The notes under the pieces: generated by a model
Databases searched by the model: none
Told to the model about the DNA's origin: nothing
What the model saw: the letters and a program-made list of their open reading frames with translations, nothing else
Translations under genes and position numbers: made by a program
NCBI RefSeq assembly: GCF_021869535.1
Contig: NW_026262637.1
Coordinates: 16,864,001 to 16,928,000 of the forward strand
Length of the DNA stretch: 64,000 bases
Reading direction: 5' to 3'
DNA from: Mytilus californianus
Lineage: Eukaryota
In this document: positions 21,701 through 36,559 of the stretch, piece after piece
Numbering within the stretch: position 1 is the first letter of the stretch
Layout: every line of letters starts with the position of its first letter

Positions 21701-24700
21701 CTCCAGATAGTGGAGGGATTTACTAGAAAGAAAGAACGAAAATGTGACCACCTCCTCAGTGTCCTGCAGGTGGTGTCAAAAGTTACCGTACGTGCTTGTG
21801 TTCTTTCAAAGTTCATAAAATGTGGAACAAATGTCCTCAATTTCTCTATTCTATTTCTAAGGGGAACATAAATATCAATGTTGGAGGCATTAATGTCATT
21901 AATACCATTGTGAGGGTACTGCAAAGAAGTCGTTTAAGAATATAGATCAACCGGCCAAGGATTGGATCAACGGTGATAACATTTTTAAACTGTGATACCC
22001 AAACAGCCTTGGTATGAAATGTTGGACAGAAATCGCCGGCCTGCAGGTGAAAATAAAACTATTTTTCGGCAAGATAAATTTTTTTACAGTACACTACATG
22101 GCCTTTAGCTGTGGGTCTGTTGTTAACCGTGAAATCGAAAGAGGATACCAATTAAAGACTAGTGGTAATTTATAACCATAAATCAAATAAAACGAGAAAA
22201 GTTTAAAGAATGACAGATAAAAACAACAGTAACCGTTGGGCTTACCATTACACAAAAACTAAAGATTGTGCCAGTGACGGATCCAGAAATGTTCATAAGG
22301 GGGCCCACTGACTACTCAAGAGGGGGTCTCTCTAGTCATGCTTCAGTAATTCCCGATATAATAAATCAATTTTTTTCCCACTAAAAGGGGAGGGACAGGG
22401 TGCTCTAAAACCGCCTCTATGTGCAACACGAACCTAGCTCCAAAGTACATGGATGAACTCTGGTACTGTGAATGATAAACAGTTAGGAACTTCCTGCTCA
22501 ACTTGTGGCAACCTAGGTTTTAGTATACATGTAATTGCCAAATTAAGTACTAGTAAGTAAAACTTTGATTTGATTCGCCATATTGACAAACATGTGAAGA
22601 TAAGATCTGGTGAGCTTTTCGTCGAATATCATGAGGAGGTAGTGTTAAAAATATTTGCACAGTTCATGAATTGAAAATTATAAAACAAAATATATTGTTT
22701 TACCTTGGACAAAAAGATCAAGTCCAAAACTGGCTATTATTTGTGTAGCTTAACCTTGAAGAGTATGAAATTCTAAACTCAAGGAGGCAGCCTAGGAAAT
22801 TTCCTAATAATATCACAAAAGAACTTGTCACAGATTTTTAACTAAATATTTATGTGGTTCATAAGTTTTCTCGTTTCTCGTTTTTTATATAGATTATACC
22901 GTTGGTTTTCCCGTTTGAATGGTTTTATACTAGTAATTTGTTGAGCCCTCTATACCAACTTGCCCACTTTAAAAAAAAATCGCCCCATTTACATAATTTA
23001 TGAAAAGGATTAAATCCTGTTGAATATACTCCTGCCAACAGTGGCAACTCGCCTAACTTGGGTAAAATCCAAATGAATATAATATAAATATATTATAAAG
23101 GTCTGCCAACTCGCCCTACTTTAAAAAAAGGAAAACTTACATGTACATGTATCTACCCAGAATAAAAAAGAAATGAAATTTAATATGATATTTATTGAAT
23201 TTAAATGATGTTTCACTTCTTAAAATATAATTGTAGACTCATTATTTACTATTATTTAATTTATGTATTTATTGGAGAATAACTTTATTCTTGCAAGCTT
23301 AGTTATTTGCAAAATAATTGCAAAGAAACCTGTTAATTGTATCATAATCTATCTGATTGTTTTTTTTTAGCCAACTGGAAATCATACTATTAGGGCCCCC
23401 TGTTGTACTTAGGAATTGGACCCCTCGAGAAGATGAAAGGTCTACTTTACATGTAGGTAATGTAAATATAAAAATAAGAAAATGTGGTATGATTGCCAAT
23501 GAGAAAAGAGAGGAATTTGTAAAAGTGAAAATTCACTTGTTTTCCAATCCTGACAAAACTGTCATATTGTCATGATTGAAATGTTTAAATTACCTTATTA
23601 TTTTCAAAATAAAATATTGTTTACACTAATGAGAAAAGACAACTCTCCATTAGAGATCAAATGACATCAAAGTTAACAACTATAGGTCACTGTACATCCT
23701 TCAACAATGAGCAAAGCCCATACCATATAGTCAGCTATAAAAGACCCCAAATGAAAATGACAAATTTGTAAAACAATTCAAACAAGAAAACTAACAGACT
23801 GATTTACAATGTATATACAAAACAAAGAACAAAAAAACAAGATATGATACACAGCAAAATATGACAAACTGAACCACTAAATTACAGGCTCCTGACATGG
23901 GACAGGCACATACAAATGTACAGGATGTTGTAGGGCTAGACTAGTAGTTTGTGGTGCCGAACCCACCTCCTAACCTGGTATATTGATGTGAAAAGGGCTT
24001 AACTCATCAGATCTATACAAAGCAGAAAGACATCTAACAAAAACACACACAAGACGCGGTGGGTATTTATACATCCCCACAACAAAAAAGACTCCAAGTA
24101 CAGATCTAAGAGTACTCCCAGTTACTAACACCAATAAAAAGGTACATGTACAATGTATTTACCACCAAACATTGCCTGGTTTAGTCCATTTCTCAGATAC
24201 TACCTTATATAAAATAGTCCAACTTTTGGTGTAATTTAAACAACTTTGAATAACTTAAATTTTCAAAGTATCATGATTATTAAAATAATTTAATGCCCAA
24301 AGATTGGCATTATAAGTCATGACAATAATGTATAACCACTTTTGTTCATCCCTTCATTCAAGGGTCATGTGGAATCTCTATGATGAATTAGAACATTAAA
24401 ATGATTAAATACTTTTTATAGTCATTTTTTTTAGGGGAAAGTTTGTTGGTCTAGTTTTAAAAGATCAAACCAAGCCAATTTTGCCAGATCAAAATATTAA
24501 AGGCAATTTTGGCAGATACATTGTATTAAGACTTCATTTTATTAAACATTATTTCTTTTAGCTTTTTCAATGAAAGAACAAGTACTTTGAGAAGTAGGAG
24601 AAGCTAAGCAACAGAACAGAATTCGTTTGAGGCATTGCTTTCTAAATTATATAGTGGATTCATAGATTGTCAAATTGATTTATGTGCATATGAGGAGCAG

Positions 24701-27700
24701 TAGCCAATGTATAATTTTGTGATGAGAGGTATGTAATGAAAATGATAACTTTGTTTGAATAATTTTTTCTTGTCAGACTCTGTACATGTAGTTTCGAAGA
24801 TTTTTTTTAAAGTTTGAGGTCATAGAGTTTAAAGTTTGATTCTTGCATGTTGTGGGCAAGTTCGAAATTATCCATGTTAGAAGTGACAAATTAATTTTTT
24901 TACAGGTCATTTTTATAGAAAATTGCATTTAAAGCAGTCTTAATCGCTAAATTGCTTGTTCTTTTTTCTCTAGCCACAACAGCTATGAAGCTGTGGCTTA
25001 GGCATGCTGTTTTCAACAGAGGCATAGTCGTAAAAAAATTGTTGATATTCGTGATGAGGTCAGTTTAAGGAAACCAAGAAATAACTTATGTTAATTATAT
25101 ATAAAGTCAATAATATCATGAATATTTGGTGTGCAGTTGTAGTAGGATATGCACTTTTCATTTCCATGGAGATTATTTGGTCCCAATCCCTCAATCATGG
25201 TTGATTGACTTTTAATACTTTTACTCAAACTTAAATGTTGAAAATTTCTGATTAGGTCAGTTTGAGCGAACCAATAATGATAAGTCATTGATATTTGGTA
25301 TGTAGTTGTATGTCAGAGCCATAGTTATTGTTTTGCCCAGCCCCTCAGTTATAGTCTAATGATTTTGAAACTTTTGCAAGTCATGCTTCATTGACTTTGG
25401 ATGTTTTACATAGCTAACATGTTTAAGCATTGTCATTTAAATATCAACATTTGAAATTAACTAACAAGTTTACATACAGGCAAGACATAATTCTACAATG
25501 TATGTCTTAAGTTTATTCCTGAAATGTATACCAAAGGTTTATATCAGTAATGTCTTGGATAAATTATTTATACAGGAATTTTGTCACTTTGAAATGTATG
25601 AGTTAGAAAGTAAGTGCTATTAAATTTATGTTTACAGAAGTTATTTCTTGGAAATATATATTGTAAGGAAAATTGCATTGCAAGCAATCCCAAACAGGTC
25701 TACATTTTTTGTAGATTATTTATGAAAATGTTTAAAAGAATAACCATATTTTATACTACAGCAAAAAAGTTTTGGGGTCGTATATTGCTTTCACCTCGTT
25801 CGAAGACATTTGGTTTCCGGACAATAACTTCAGTTTAAGTGTATGGATGTCTATGAAATTAAATTGAAAGGTTCAATACCACAAAAGAAAAGTTGGGATT
25901 ATTTTTGGGGGTGATTCCAAGCCTTAGGGCTTAGGGGCCAAAAAAGGGCCCAAATCAAGCATTTTTCTAGTTTCAGGACAATAACTTGTTTATAAGTATT
26001 TTAATTGCTATAAGATTGTACCACAAGTAGAAGGTTAAGTTTCATTTTGGGGGTATTTGCCCAAACCGTTCAGGAATTAGGGACCAAAAAGGGTCTAAAA
26101 CAAGCATTGTCAGACTGGCCTATATTAGGAATTGATAAGTTGTTCTTGTTTAGAATACATAAAATATTTGCCACTGGACATTAAAAATACAAAAAAAATC
26201 AACCAATTAATGTATTTGCATTATCAGAATGAATTTGCAAATATATAACAATTAAATTATGTACATGTATCCTTAGAGCTTTTTCAATGAACTAGCATAT
26301 ATACATATAAAAAGATGAGGTATGATCCTCAATGTGACGACTTTCAATTAAAAGACCAAAGGACAAAGTTGTAAACATTTACTGGCCAATGTACAGCCTT
26401 AACCAATGATCAAAATCAATACCATAAAGTTACCTATTAGGATGAAAAAATCAAAACTACATACAGTAATTGCAGACAGCAAACAACATAAGAACCAACT
26501 TTCAAAATAAGCCAAAAAGGACTGGATTCATCAATAGGTACTTATAATAAAAAAGGTGCAAAAATGATGTTTTCCCAAACTAAAATATCTATCAGTTCAC
26601 CTTCAACAGAATTAGTGTAACAATGTTTGTCATTTCATGCAGTCTTAAGAAAAGTATGACTGTGTAATGCCAAAATATTGAATACATGTATATCAAAAGG
26701 GTATAAAACCAATCTCGCAATGCAAGTATGCAAGGATGTACAGACAGATAAGTGCAAAACTTAATGCCCCCTCTGTTACAACAAGGGCATAAAAAGGAGA
26801 TGCAAAATGGGACTATGTTGAAAGTTTTAATAAATTATGAATTACATGTTTATGTGTGTTCTAGTGTGCAGATATAACTAATTCCATGTCAAAATTCCAT
26901 GTATGTTTGACAAAGTTATTGATATCCAAAAAACATTAAAAAAGGGGGATTTTCCAGTTTTTGGACAATAACTCAAAAACACTTTCACCAAATTGCAAGA
27001 AACTTTTATGACAGTAACATCTATGTTTTACGAAGGCCAAGCTCAAAATACAGTACAGATATCTCCTAAATGTATAAGCTAATTGTTTGCAAAACTCTTT
27101 GAATTATACTTAATACTTATTATAGTATTGCATCCACATGCTATTAATAAAGTACTGATTACCGTTTTCTCCCTTTCAGCAGTACATTGTATTACAACAA
27201 ATGGACAGAGGAGTTGGCTATTGATAGTGACTGATAATGGACTGGAGTAACCTAGGGCTAGGGTCCAATGACTCCATGCCTGACAGTCCATGTGTACATG
27301 TATGTCGACAGCCAATTCTAAGTAACCTTTAACATATATTATATACAAAAGACCTAAAATAATAGTATGTGCATCTATGGGAGACTGATATTTCACTGTT
27401 GTCACACAGTGTTCTGTGGCTTCATTACTGATTAGAGACTAATCAGATTATCCTTTACTTTAAGTTCAAATATAATGTACATGTACTCAATGATTATGAC
27501 TTGCCTTCATTTAACTTGTAATAATTATGATGCAGGATCCAACAAAAAGAATATCTTTTTTACCTACATTTTATGCGTCAGTCTCACTGATTTATTAAGT
27601 ACCTTGTAAATGTATATGGATATATATATGAATTCAGATTGTGATACTTAGTTTTGAGTCTTGCACATATATACATCATTGTACATTGTCATAGGAGTTA

Positions 27701-28375
27701 AAATTACTTTGATCGCTGACAATGACAAAGTGTTTTGAACATTGCATCATAATGTTGATCAGATTACCTTATTAAATTAATAAAATTTTATGGTCACAGA
27801 TTGAAATTTTTAGTATTTTAAAAATAAGGTCTTATGAAAGGAGATGTGGTAGGATTGTCAATGAGAAAACTTCCCATTAGTCGAAATGAAGAGGATGTTA
27901 AAAATTTTAGGTCACTGTATGACCTTCAACAATGAACAAAACCATACTATATAGTCAGCTGTAAAAGATCCTGACAAAATGAGCAACAATTCAATCCAGA
28001 AAACTAGTGATGTTCCAATTACGATGTGCAGTATTGGTTATAATATAAAAATATCACTTGTTTTCTCTCTTTACCAAGGGAGAAATGTATTGCCAATTTA
28101 TTTTTATTGGAAAGCAGTGCATCAGGTTCAGGTTTTATATGATAATCACAGTAATTTAAATTTTCAGAATTAGCTCCTCAGATGTAAGTGGAAGGGAAGC
28201 TATATACATAATATGTTTAAATGAAAGTAACGACAGGATTCAGATATAGAGGAGATCCTATAGCTACAGTATATGAAACTGGTATGTATTTGTTACAGTA
28301 TTTTATTTCCAAATGGTATAACAAAAATAATGAATTCCAAGGCAATTTCAAATAATACGTCCCTTTGGGATTTAA

Positions 28376-29333
28376 TTTTTATACGCCCGTTTACGGGGCG
28401 TATTATGGTATACCGTTGACCGTCCGTCTGTCTGTCCGTCGTCAACATGTCGGACATTAACTCAAAAACGCTTTTACCAATATGCATGAAACTTTGGTGA
28501 ATTGTTTATATCTATTGACGTGAGCTCCCTTTCGTTTTTTATAAATTTCGGATTTACCGTTTCCGAATTTTGGAGTTTTATTCATTAAAAAAGGGGGGAT
28601 TTTCCAGTTTTCGGACAATAACTCAAAAACAATTTCACCAGTTTGCAAGAAACTTTGGTGAATTGTTTAATGCTATCGACATGAGCTCCCTTTTGATTTT
28701 TATAAATTTTAGACTATACGTTTCTGATTTATGGGGTTTTATTCGTTACAAAAAGGGGGATTTTCCAGTTTTCGGACAATAACTCAAAAATGCTTTCAGC
28801 ATTTTTTATGAAACTTTGGTAAATTGTTTATATCTATTGTTGTAAGCTCCCTTTTGATTTTTAAAAATTTTAGATTTTATGTTTCCGAGTTACAAGATTT
28901 TATTCATAAAAAAGGGGTGATTTTCAAGTTTTTGGACAATATCCTTAAAGTGCTTAGAGCAGTTTTCATTAAACTTTGATTTATATCTATTAAGATAACC
29001 TCCCTTTAGTTTTTTTTTTATAAATTTCTAATATAACATTGATAAGTTATTGAACTTTATTTGTTTATAGTCTGACAACAGATTTACTAGTATTGCGCAA
29101 CAGCACAGTGTATTGCACAACAGAAAGAAATCTTTAATTGAATATAAATTCAATTCATATAACCAATTTCAAGTTCTTTTGACTACATTTATTCAGAAAC
29201 CTATAATATGTCAAATATTTAATTACAATCCAAATTCAGACCTGTATCAAGCTTGAATATTGTGTCCATTTTTGCCCCAACTGTTCAGGGTTGGACCTCT
29301 GCGGGCATATCCAGCTGCGCTCAGCGAGCAGTT
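28376..29333 (+). mobile_element. HINE-like element family 3, complete copy
   Basis: 5' hairpin tatacgcccgtttacggggcgtatta, (CCGT/CTGT) microsatellite, ~150-bp tandem units (aaaaagggggattttccagttttcggacaataactcaaaa) and a 3' end shared with 3341-3744. Confidence 0.75.
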
Positions 29334-29336
29334 TTT

Positions 29337-30383
29337 TTTTAAATTTTCAAATGATTATAAATTGAAAACCGTTTGTGATAGACACAATCTTTTTAATTGA
29401 AAATGTTCTAAATGATAAAAGCACATTAAATGAAACAAAAGGTTAGTCCTCAGGGGTTATCAACCACCCCCGGCCATTTGAGAAAGTTTTAATATCTTGT
29501 AAGTGGTCAAGATCCCCACCCCTCAACCATATATATTCTGGTTTGTCATGATAAAGCACATCAAATGAAATACAGGGTTAGTCCCCAGGGGTCACCCCAC
29601 CCCCTGCCATTTATATTAAGAAAGTTCTAATATCTTGTAAGTGGTCGAGATCCCCACCCCTTAACCATATATATTCTGGTTTGTCATGCTAAGATGGTTT
29701 GAATGATATACAGGGTTAGTCCCCCGGGGTCATCCCGACCCCCTGCCATTTCAGAAAGTTCTAATATCTTGTAAATGGTCGAGATCCCCACCCCTAAAGC
29801 ATATATATTCCTGTTTGCCATGTCTTGAACATTTGAATGACTTATAGGGTCCGTCCCCAGGGGTTTCCCCCACCCCAATGTTTTAATATCTTGTAAATGG
29901 TTAAGATCCCCACCCCTAAACCATATATATTCTGGTTTGTTATGCCAAGATGGTTTGAATGATATACAGGGTTAGTCCCCAGGGGTCATCCCAACCCCCT
30001 GCCATTTGAGAAAGTTCTAATATCTTGTAAATGGTTGGGATCCCCACCCCTAAACGATATATATTCCTGTTCGTCATGTCTCGAACATTTGAATGACGTA
30101 AATGGTCCATCCCCAGGGGTTGCCCCAACCCCCAATGTTCTAATATCTTGTAAATGGTCAAGATCCCCACCCCTAAACCATATATATTCTGGTTTGTCAT
30201 GCCAAGATGATTTGAATGATATACAGGGTCAGTCTCCAGGTTTCACTAATGCATATAACTTTACTGGACCAAACCTATTTTCACTGGACTTTTCCCAATG
30301 TCAGGCGACCCTGAGAATGACGAAGTATGGGAGTTTCGTTTGGGAGACTTCGTAACAGCATCCTGTTACAATCATTTATTGTT
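29337..30383 (+). mobile_element. 5'-truncated copy of HINE family 1, in opposite orientation to 5437-6955
   Basis: Reverse complement of about 5437-6615, including the same tandem units (gatccccacccctaaaccatatatattc) and the end cttcgtttgggagacttcgtaacagcatcctgttacaatcatttattgtt. Confidence 0.85.
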
Positions 30384-31575
30384 ATAATTAAGACTCCTTA
30401 ATATATGTATATATATACAAACAACTGCAACATTACCAAAAAGTTTCAGAGCATTTTGATTTTCATCTGAAATGTTTACAAATTCCCGCTTTCATAGCAA
30501 ATTTCAACCATAATGAACCTCCACAGCAGAGGTAATCAAAAAGTAGTGCAGATAAACAATTTGCAGAGCATTTGGAGTTTTGATTTATACCCCTATGGAA
30601 GATAAATCACAAATTTTGTAACTAGATGTTTACAGAATGCATAGAGCTATAGACATACCATTTTTGGTATTGTAATTTTAATGAGGTTAAGACATGTAAG
30701 AAAGGGGCTTGAAAAATGAGGAATTGTGTTTCTATAGGCAATTAGTAATCTAGATCTATAATACTAAAATAATAAGGTCCAATTTGTGAGCCGGCATGAC
30801 ATAAAAATGACAATATAAAGAATTCAACTTTATATATATAGGACAATGGTGTTGATTAAAAATTACACCATTCCAGGCCCATTTGTTTTCCACATAGTTA
30901 TTACTACCAATAATTAACAAGTTCTGGTTCGAAGGGTTCAAAAAGAAAGATTTTGAAAGCAGAGAAAACTGTGCACCTAATGATCAGCATGACATTATTA
31001 GATGACAAAACAAAACTTAAAATCCAGGCTAAAAATAAGGCTTAGGTACTTTGCTTCAGTCACGACCCCATGATGTCGCAGGAGTATTCTAGTATATATT
31101 ATATACACAGGTAATGTGTAGTACACATGCATGAATAGAGTTAGTTTTCATTATTAATTTATTTTAGTAAAAATTAGAAGATGTAGTATTATTGCCCATG
31201 AGACAAACTATCCACCAGAGTCCAAATGACTGAATGTTAGCAACTATAGATCACTGTATGTACAGCTTTCAACAATGAGCAAAACTGATACTGCATGTAG
31301 CAAGCTATAAAATGTCCTGAAATGACAGATGTATAACAATTCCAATTTACGTAAAAGACATTAAATGAAGAATAAATATGATAAACAACAACTATTATAT
31401 TCCACTCCAGTTGTTCACACGATATATTCATATATGTAAGTTTGGTAAATCATTGGAGATTAAATTGATGTTATTATTTTTGCCAGATTGGTGAGCCAAT
31501 ATTTTATGTATGTTTTACAAAAAATATATGCTGTTTTTTTATTACAGCAACTGTATTCCAAGAGTCTGATGGCTG

Positions 31576-33931
31576 CCCGTATGAAAATTTCAACAGGAGT
31601 TCAACTGGACTTCAGTTGGACTTGAGACGTATTCCAGTCTGACTTTGAAAAGTCCAGTCTGACATGAGCCGTACACGTACTTTTTCTTATACTTGAGTTA
31701 TTTGCCAGCCGGTATTTTCTTAAAAGTCCAACCGCACTTTTTGTAATGCTTACAAGTAAATAAACACGGCTGGACTTTTGAGGAAATGTATTCCTTTCTG
31801 TAGAATGATCAGCAGGATTTTTGTCTTAGAAAATTTTACATTCATTTATGAGCAGGAATTTAGACTTAGAAAATTTTCATCAGCCAAATCTACCCTTACA
31901 GAAATAAAAAGTTTGCCAAAATAGATTCTGTTCTTTGAAAGGAATAATTCTTTCAAAATGTAAAACAGTTAAAAATGAAAGTTTGCAAGTAATAATAATG
32001 ATAAAACATTTGTTTGCAATATACTTTTAGTTCAAACTATAAGATGTGATACTCTCCCTAGATTTTCAATTCCATTATGAAATATTTAACATAGACTGTT
32101 GATGGAAAGATAAAATTTAATTTTGGTGACTTTTGATTGAATTATACCCAAGTTAATAAAAAATTGTTTAATATACAACAATTATTTAACATTTCTACTT
32201 TTTTCATAAAAAAAAACCACTAGCAACATCTGTTACAGGTCAAATTTATACATTTTCTAGTATATTTATATTTAATTAGATGAATGCATAAAATTAATAA
32301 TTATCATTCATTCTTTAACATCAATTAGAAACTTGAGCCATATAACAGTGATTTAATAGCAGTTAGTCTTGTAGAAATGTGCCATCTGTTTTCAATTAAC
32401 CTCAATCTGAACAGGTCACAGGAAGTACTATCTCCACAGAGATTGAGGTCATATGTGGGAGAACACATTTCGAAATATATATTTCTGCAATTACTATCAC
32501 TTTTATTAAAAAATTCATAATTAAACAAATTAATAATTGATTTTCTTTTTTTAATATATCACATATTCAAAATTAAGGCACATGCAATTAGTCATAAGAG
32601 GAACATTTAAAACAACTCCTTAACATGTTAAACAACCTCATGTATTGCAATACAACAACATTTGAATTTAGAATAAACAGGAAGATGTGTCTTCTTTCTT
32701 GAACAAAATGAGAATTTTATATCATTGGATGTAAAGCAAATGTTTGGAAGTAGTTCTGTTCACATTAAATAGAGAAGATGGATCCTTCTGACTGGCATCA
32801 ATGATAATTTAGGAAGATTGCTGTTTGCATGTGTTTTGGATTGCATAATTCTGGTAAGTACAATAGATTGAATTCCACCATTTTGGTGATATTATCTGAT
32901 ATGCTCTTTTTATTTAACAAATTAATAAAATAATTACAATATTATAAATAGCTTAATTAGTTCTTATTTTTGAAGAGTGAAAAGAATAAAAAACCTACAT
33001 CAAATATTTATATTCATGCAAATAATTTTCATCTTGTCTGTTATGTCACTGTCACTTCCTGTTTTGAATTGTTGTGTAAAAAAATGTATTGTTATATTTT
33101 TTATTCCCTCTGTATTAAGGAATGGTTATTATTTGAGTTGTTTTGAAAGTTTTTTTATTTCTAATTTTCAAAGCCAACTTTATTTTATTTTTAGCCACTT
33201 TAAAATTATTTAGGCTATTTAATAACCACAAATTTTTAGAAGTTATCATTTAGCTTCTCAATTCCCCATTTCTTGGTTTTGCCAGTAAGACAGTACAATA
33301 AGAAAAAGAAATAACCGGTATATATGCATAATGTCATCTGTTTTTATTTTTGTATTTTCAGATTATAGCAAGGGATGCATGATGCAAATTAAATCAGAAG
33401 AATCAACCATCTGAAGAAAAACTGAGCAGTGGCGGATCCAGGGGGAGGGTTCCGGGGGTTGGAACCCCCCATTATTTTGACGATCAATGCATTTGAATTG
33501 GGACATATGGTTGGACCCCCCCCCCCCTTTTGAAAACAGCTGGATTCACCCATGCTGAGATCATCTTTAAAAGTCAAACCGGACTTTTTGAAGTCCAGCT
33601 GAACTTTATAGAGTTCAGCTGGACTTTTTAAAGTTCGGCCGGACTTTGTAAAGTCCAGCTGAACTTTATGGAGTCCATATTGCCAGAAATGCCGGCTGGA
33701 TTTTTTTTCAGACGTACTTTTATTAAAGTCCAGCTGGACTTTATGAACCGGACTCCTGCTAATTTAAATATTTCGAGCCGGTTTACGGCTAATTTCGCTG
33801 AAAGTCCAGCCGGGGTATCTATTATAAGCAATTCAAAGAAAAGTCCAAATGAATATTATAAGTACGGTTCTCAGTACGGCTACAGTACGGCTACTGTCCG
33901 ACTGGAGTACGTGTCATGTTTTTCATACGGG
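31576..33931. mobile_element. 2.36-kb non-autonomous TIR element (EnSpm/CMC-like), 2-bp TSD TG
   Basis: Perfect 12-bp TIR CCCGTATGAAAA / TTTTCATACGGG, TG on both sides (31574-31575 and 33932-33933), and many subterminal ctggactt/aagtccag repeats at both ends. Confidence 0.8.
33430..33560 (+). mobile_element. Small G/C-run MITE (cagtggcggatccagggggg...ggattcacccatg)
   Basis: A related copy lies at about 20130-20246 (shared gatcaatgcattt..gggacatat core) and a more distant one at about 22271-22420. Superfamily not assigned. Confidence 0.55.
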
Positions 33932-36559
33932 TGATAATGTGTTCAGGATTTTATCATTCAAGCAACATCTTAGAAGGATAAGTGCAAATGTATGAAGGAA
34001 GTCTTGGGTACAAATAGCAATTACAACAATTACATGCAGGAGAGAACTCTTAGACATTACTAACAGACATGTAGTCATGATATGGGAGTGGTGTATTCAA
34101 GAAATCTAAAACACATGGAATTAAATATTGTGTATATTTTTTCAACCACAAGTACTTTCAGAATATAATGCAATTCAAATTCAAATTATTGTGTCAACAT
34201 GACAATTATAGTCTAAAAATGGAAAATACAGGTTTTAAACTGAATTTTATATAAATATTTGAAATAACAAGAATTTTTAGCTTATTGTGCAGCCAAACTT
34301 TGAGATCTCCTAATGGTATATGCCTGTTGTTTGTCAACATGTGTTTTCTTTTTGCCTTAACCTTAAGATTGGTGTTAAAATGAAAAACTGAAATACATAT
34401 ATGAAATACGAAGGAAACGGTTGTAAATAACAGCAAGACTTTCAATATGGTATATCAAATATATTTCACAGAACCTTCTATTTCAGTTTATTAATACAAT
34501 GAGATATGAGGTATAAATCAATCAGACAGCTACACAACAACAAAAATACATGAAAGGCATTAAGGTGCTAGCATACAGTCCTCAACAATAACCAGGTGTC
34601 TAAACAATGTCATGATCTACTTAATTAACCAGAGTCTACACCAATCAAAGAGCTGCCATCGACACCAAATTCTTTAAATATTTTTTTTATTAGGATAAGA
34701 CTTTAGACAACCACTGAAAAAGGAGGCTTGAAACAGGCACATGAATATGTGGCAGGGTGAACTACTTTTTTTCATCAAAACTTTCAAAAGAAAAATTGGC
34801 ATCTTTTGCAAGTAAGACAATTTTCATAATGTGATTGGATTGTCTCATGACTGATAACCACAAAATGACTTCTACATACATATTAAAAATGAAATACATC
34901 AGTGCATACATATTCTATAAATGAATCACCAATCCTCACATCACTTTAAAAAAGTATTGAGACTTGAACATAACCGAAAAAATTCTAGGAGTGAACTAAG
35001 GTGACCTGGATATTTGCTTGCCTTCTTTGTTTTATTGCATCTTATATCTTGCATTGGAGATATTGTGAGTTGGGAGTTGATAGATAAATTTTTTTTTGTA
35101 TTGTTAAGGACCAAGAAAGTAAAATATATTGGAAGTATGAACACAGTCAAGACCAAGAAGAATATTTATATATATCAAAATAGAATGTGTACTAGATTAG
35201 CATTAACTTATCTAGAATATGCTCAAATACTGTGAATTTGTGTGATTGATGCTCAATTCACCTTAATTTCATTTTAGAAAAATTAACATGAAAGCTTGAT
35301 TCACATTAGTTTCACATGAAAAAATTAACATGAATTTCACGTTAAAGCTCTATTCACATTAATTGCACATGAGTTTTATGTATAAGATTGTTTGAGGTGG
35401 ATCTCACATGAAATTTACCTGAACAAAATGTGCCTGTGTATATATATACATAGAAAACACATGTATAATGCATGTAATTCACTTGAGAACTAAGATACAT
35501 GTCAACAATCATGGTAATTGGACAAATAGGACATTTTGAAAAATATTTAATACAGGCACCATGCCTTTTAAATGCAGTAATCACACATGTATCACAGGTG
35601 TATTTCCTTACGCATGTAATTCACATGTGAAACGCATGATCACATGTGTTGATCATGCGTATCACATGTGTTTTTCACACATGTGTCACATGCGTGGCAT
35701 GAAACGTCTCTTTCACATGCGTGTGACACACATGTAAAACGCATGTGTCACGCATGTACACATGTGTGGCATTTTTGCCAGTGTACAGGTACAGCCAAAA
35801 TTACTAATCAAATATTTGTATCTATGAAATAATTTAGTAAATGTTTTAAATCAATAATTGTGTAATGTTGATTTTCCTATGTTGCCTTCATATTAACATT
35901 ATGCTGAGACCTTTCATGTTAATAATTTGCATTTCATATTCGGACAAAATTTTATAATAATTAATCTTAAATTTAGTATAAAAGAGAACTGGTACAGCTG
36001 TTATAATCAAAAGCAATCGGCGAAGTAGGTATTAGATAACAAGCTTCAAACATGGAACCTTGATGATTTGGAACTTGTTTTTTATCCCTTATTAAACCCA
36101 CACACACTCTGAAATGATGTTGTTGTTTGTAGAATTGTTTGTTTCATTATTGTGTATGTCATGATCTTTTTAAATGGAGTTATGTATAGATAAAGTAGGG
36201 GGACCGTAGTTTACCGATGTTCAAATCTCATAAATCGATCAAGAATATTCAAATTAAGGTACCAAACAGAAGCTGATGGATTCGCATTAACTCCAAAAGG
36301 ATGCGTCGACAGGTTAAATGTCTACTGCTATGCATGCATCAACCGACATGCAGTTAAAGAGATAATACTGCTAATTAATGTTAAACGCCTATGTTTATAT
36401 TCTTAACGTCTTTGTTAATTTATGTTGTTCTTGATGTTTCGTTTTCTTCTTTTTTCAATGTATACTTAACAAAAAGTGTCACGAGGTCATGAGATAATGT
36501 TGTTAATGTAAAACACTATTGCAATTAGTTTATTTTCAAATTGAAAAATAGATGGTTCG

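Larger units (their letters stand above)
19658..35783. mobile_element. Putative ~16.1-kb CACTA/CMC-like DNA transposon (non-autonomous or decayed) with nested insertions
   Basis: Left end CTAGGGCAAAAATGCCAC(G)CATGTG (19658) and right end reverse-complement CACTGGCAAAAATGCCAC(A)CATGTG (35783). Both ends carry 350-500 bp of CACATG/CATGTG/GCATGT subterminal repeats, and both are flanked by TA. Three terminal bases mismatch, so the pairing is inferred. Confidence 0.6.

Noticed and set aside
21598-21924. 108-aa minus-strand ORF after a good acceptor (ttctttgcag)
   Set aside because: No recognisable motif and no linked upstream exon that I could verify. It may be a decayed exon of the giant element, so it is not called.
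27079-27405. 108-aa minus-strand ORF with a possible internal exon (about 27321-27162)
   Set aside because: No family signature, no partner exons and no second copy to test constraint.
33628-33934. ORFs on both strands over ctggactt repeats
   Set aside because: They are subterminal repeats of the 31576-33931 element, not genes.
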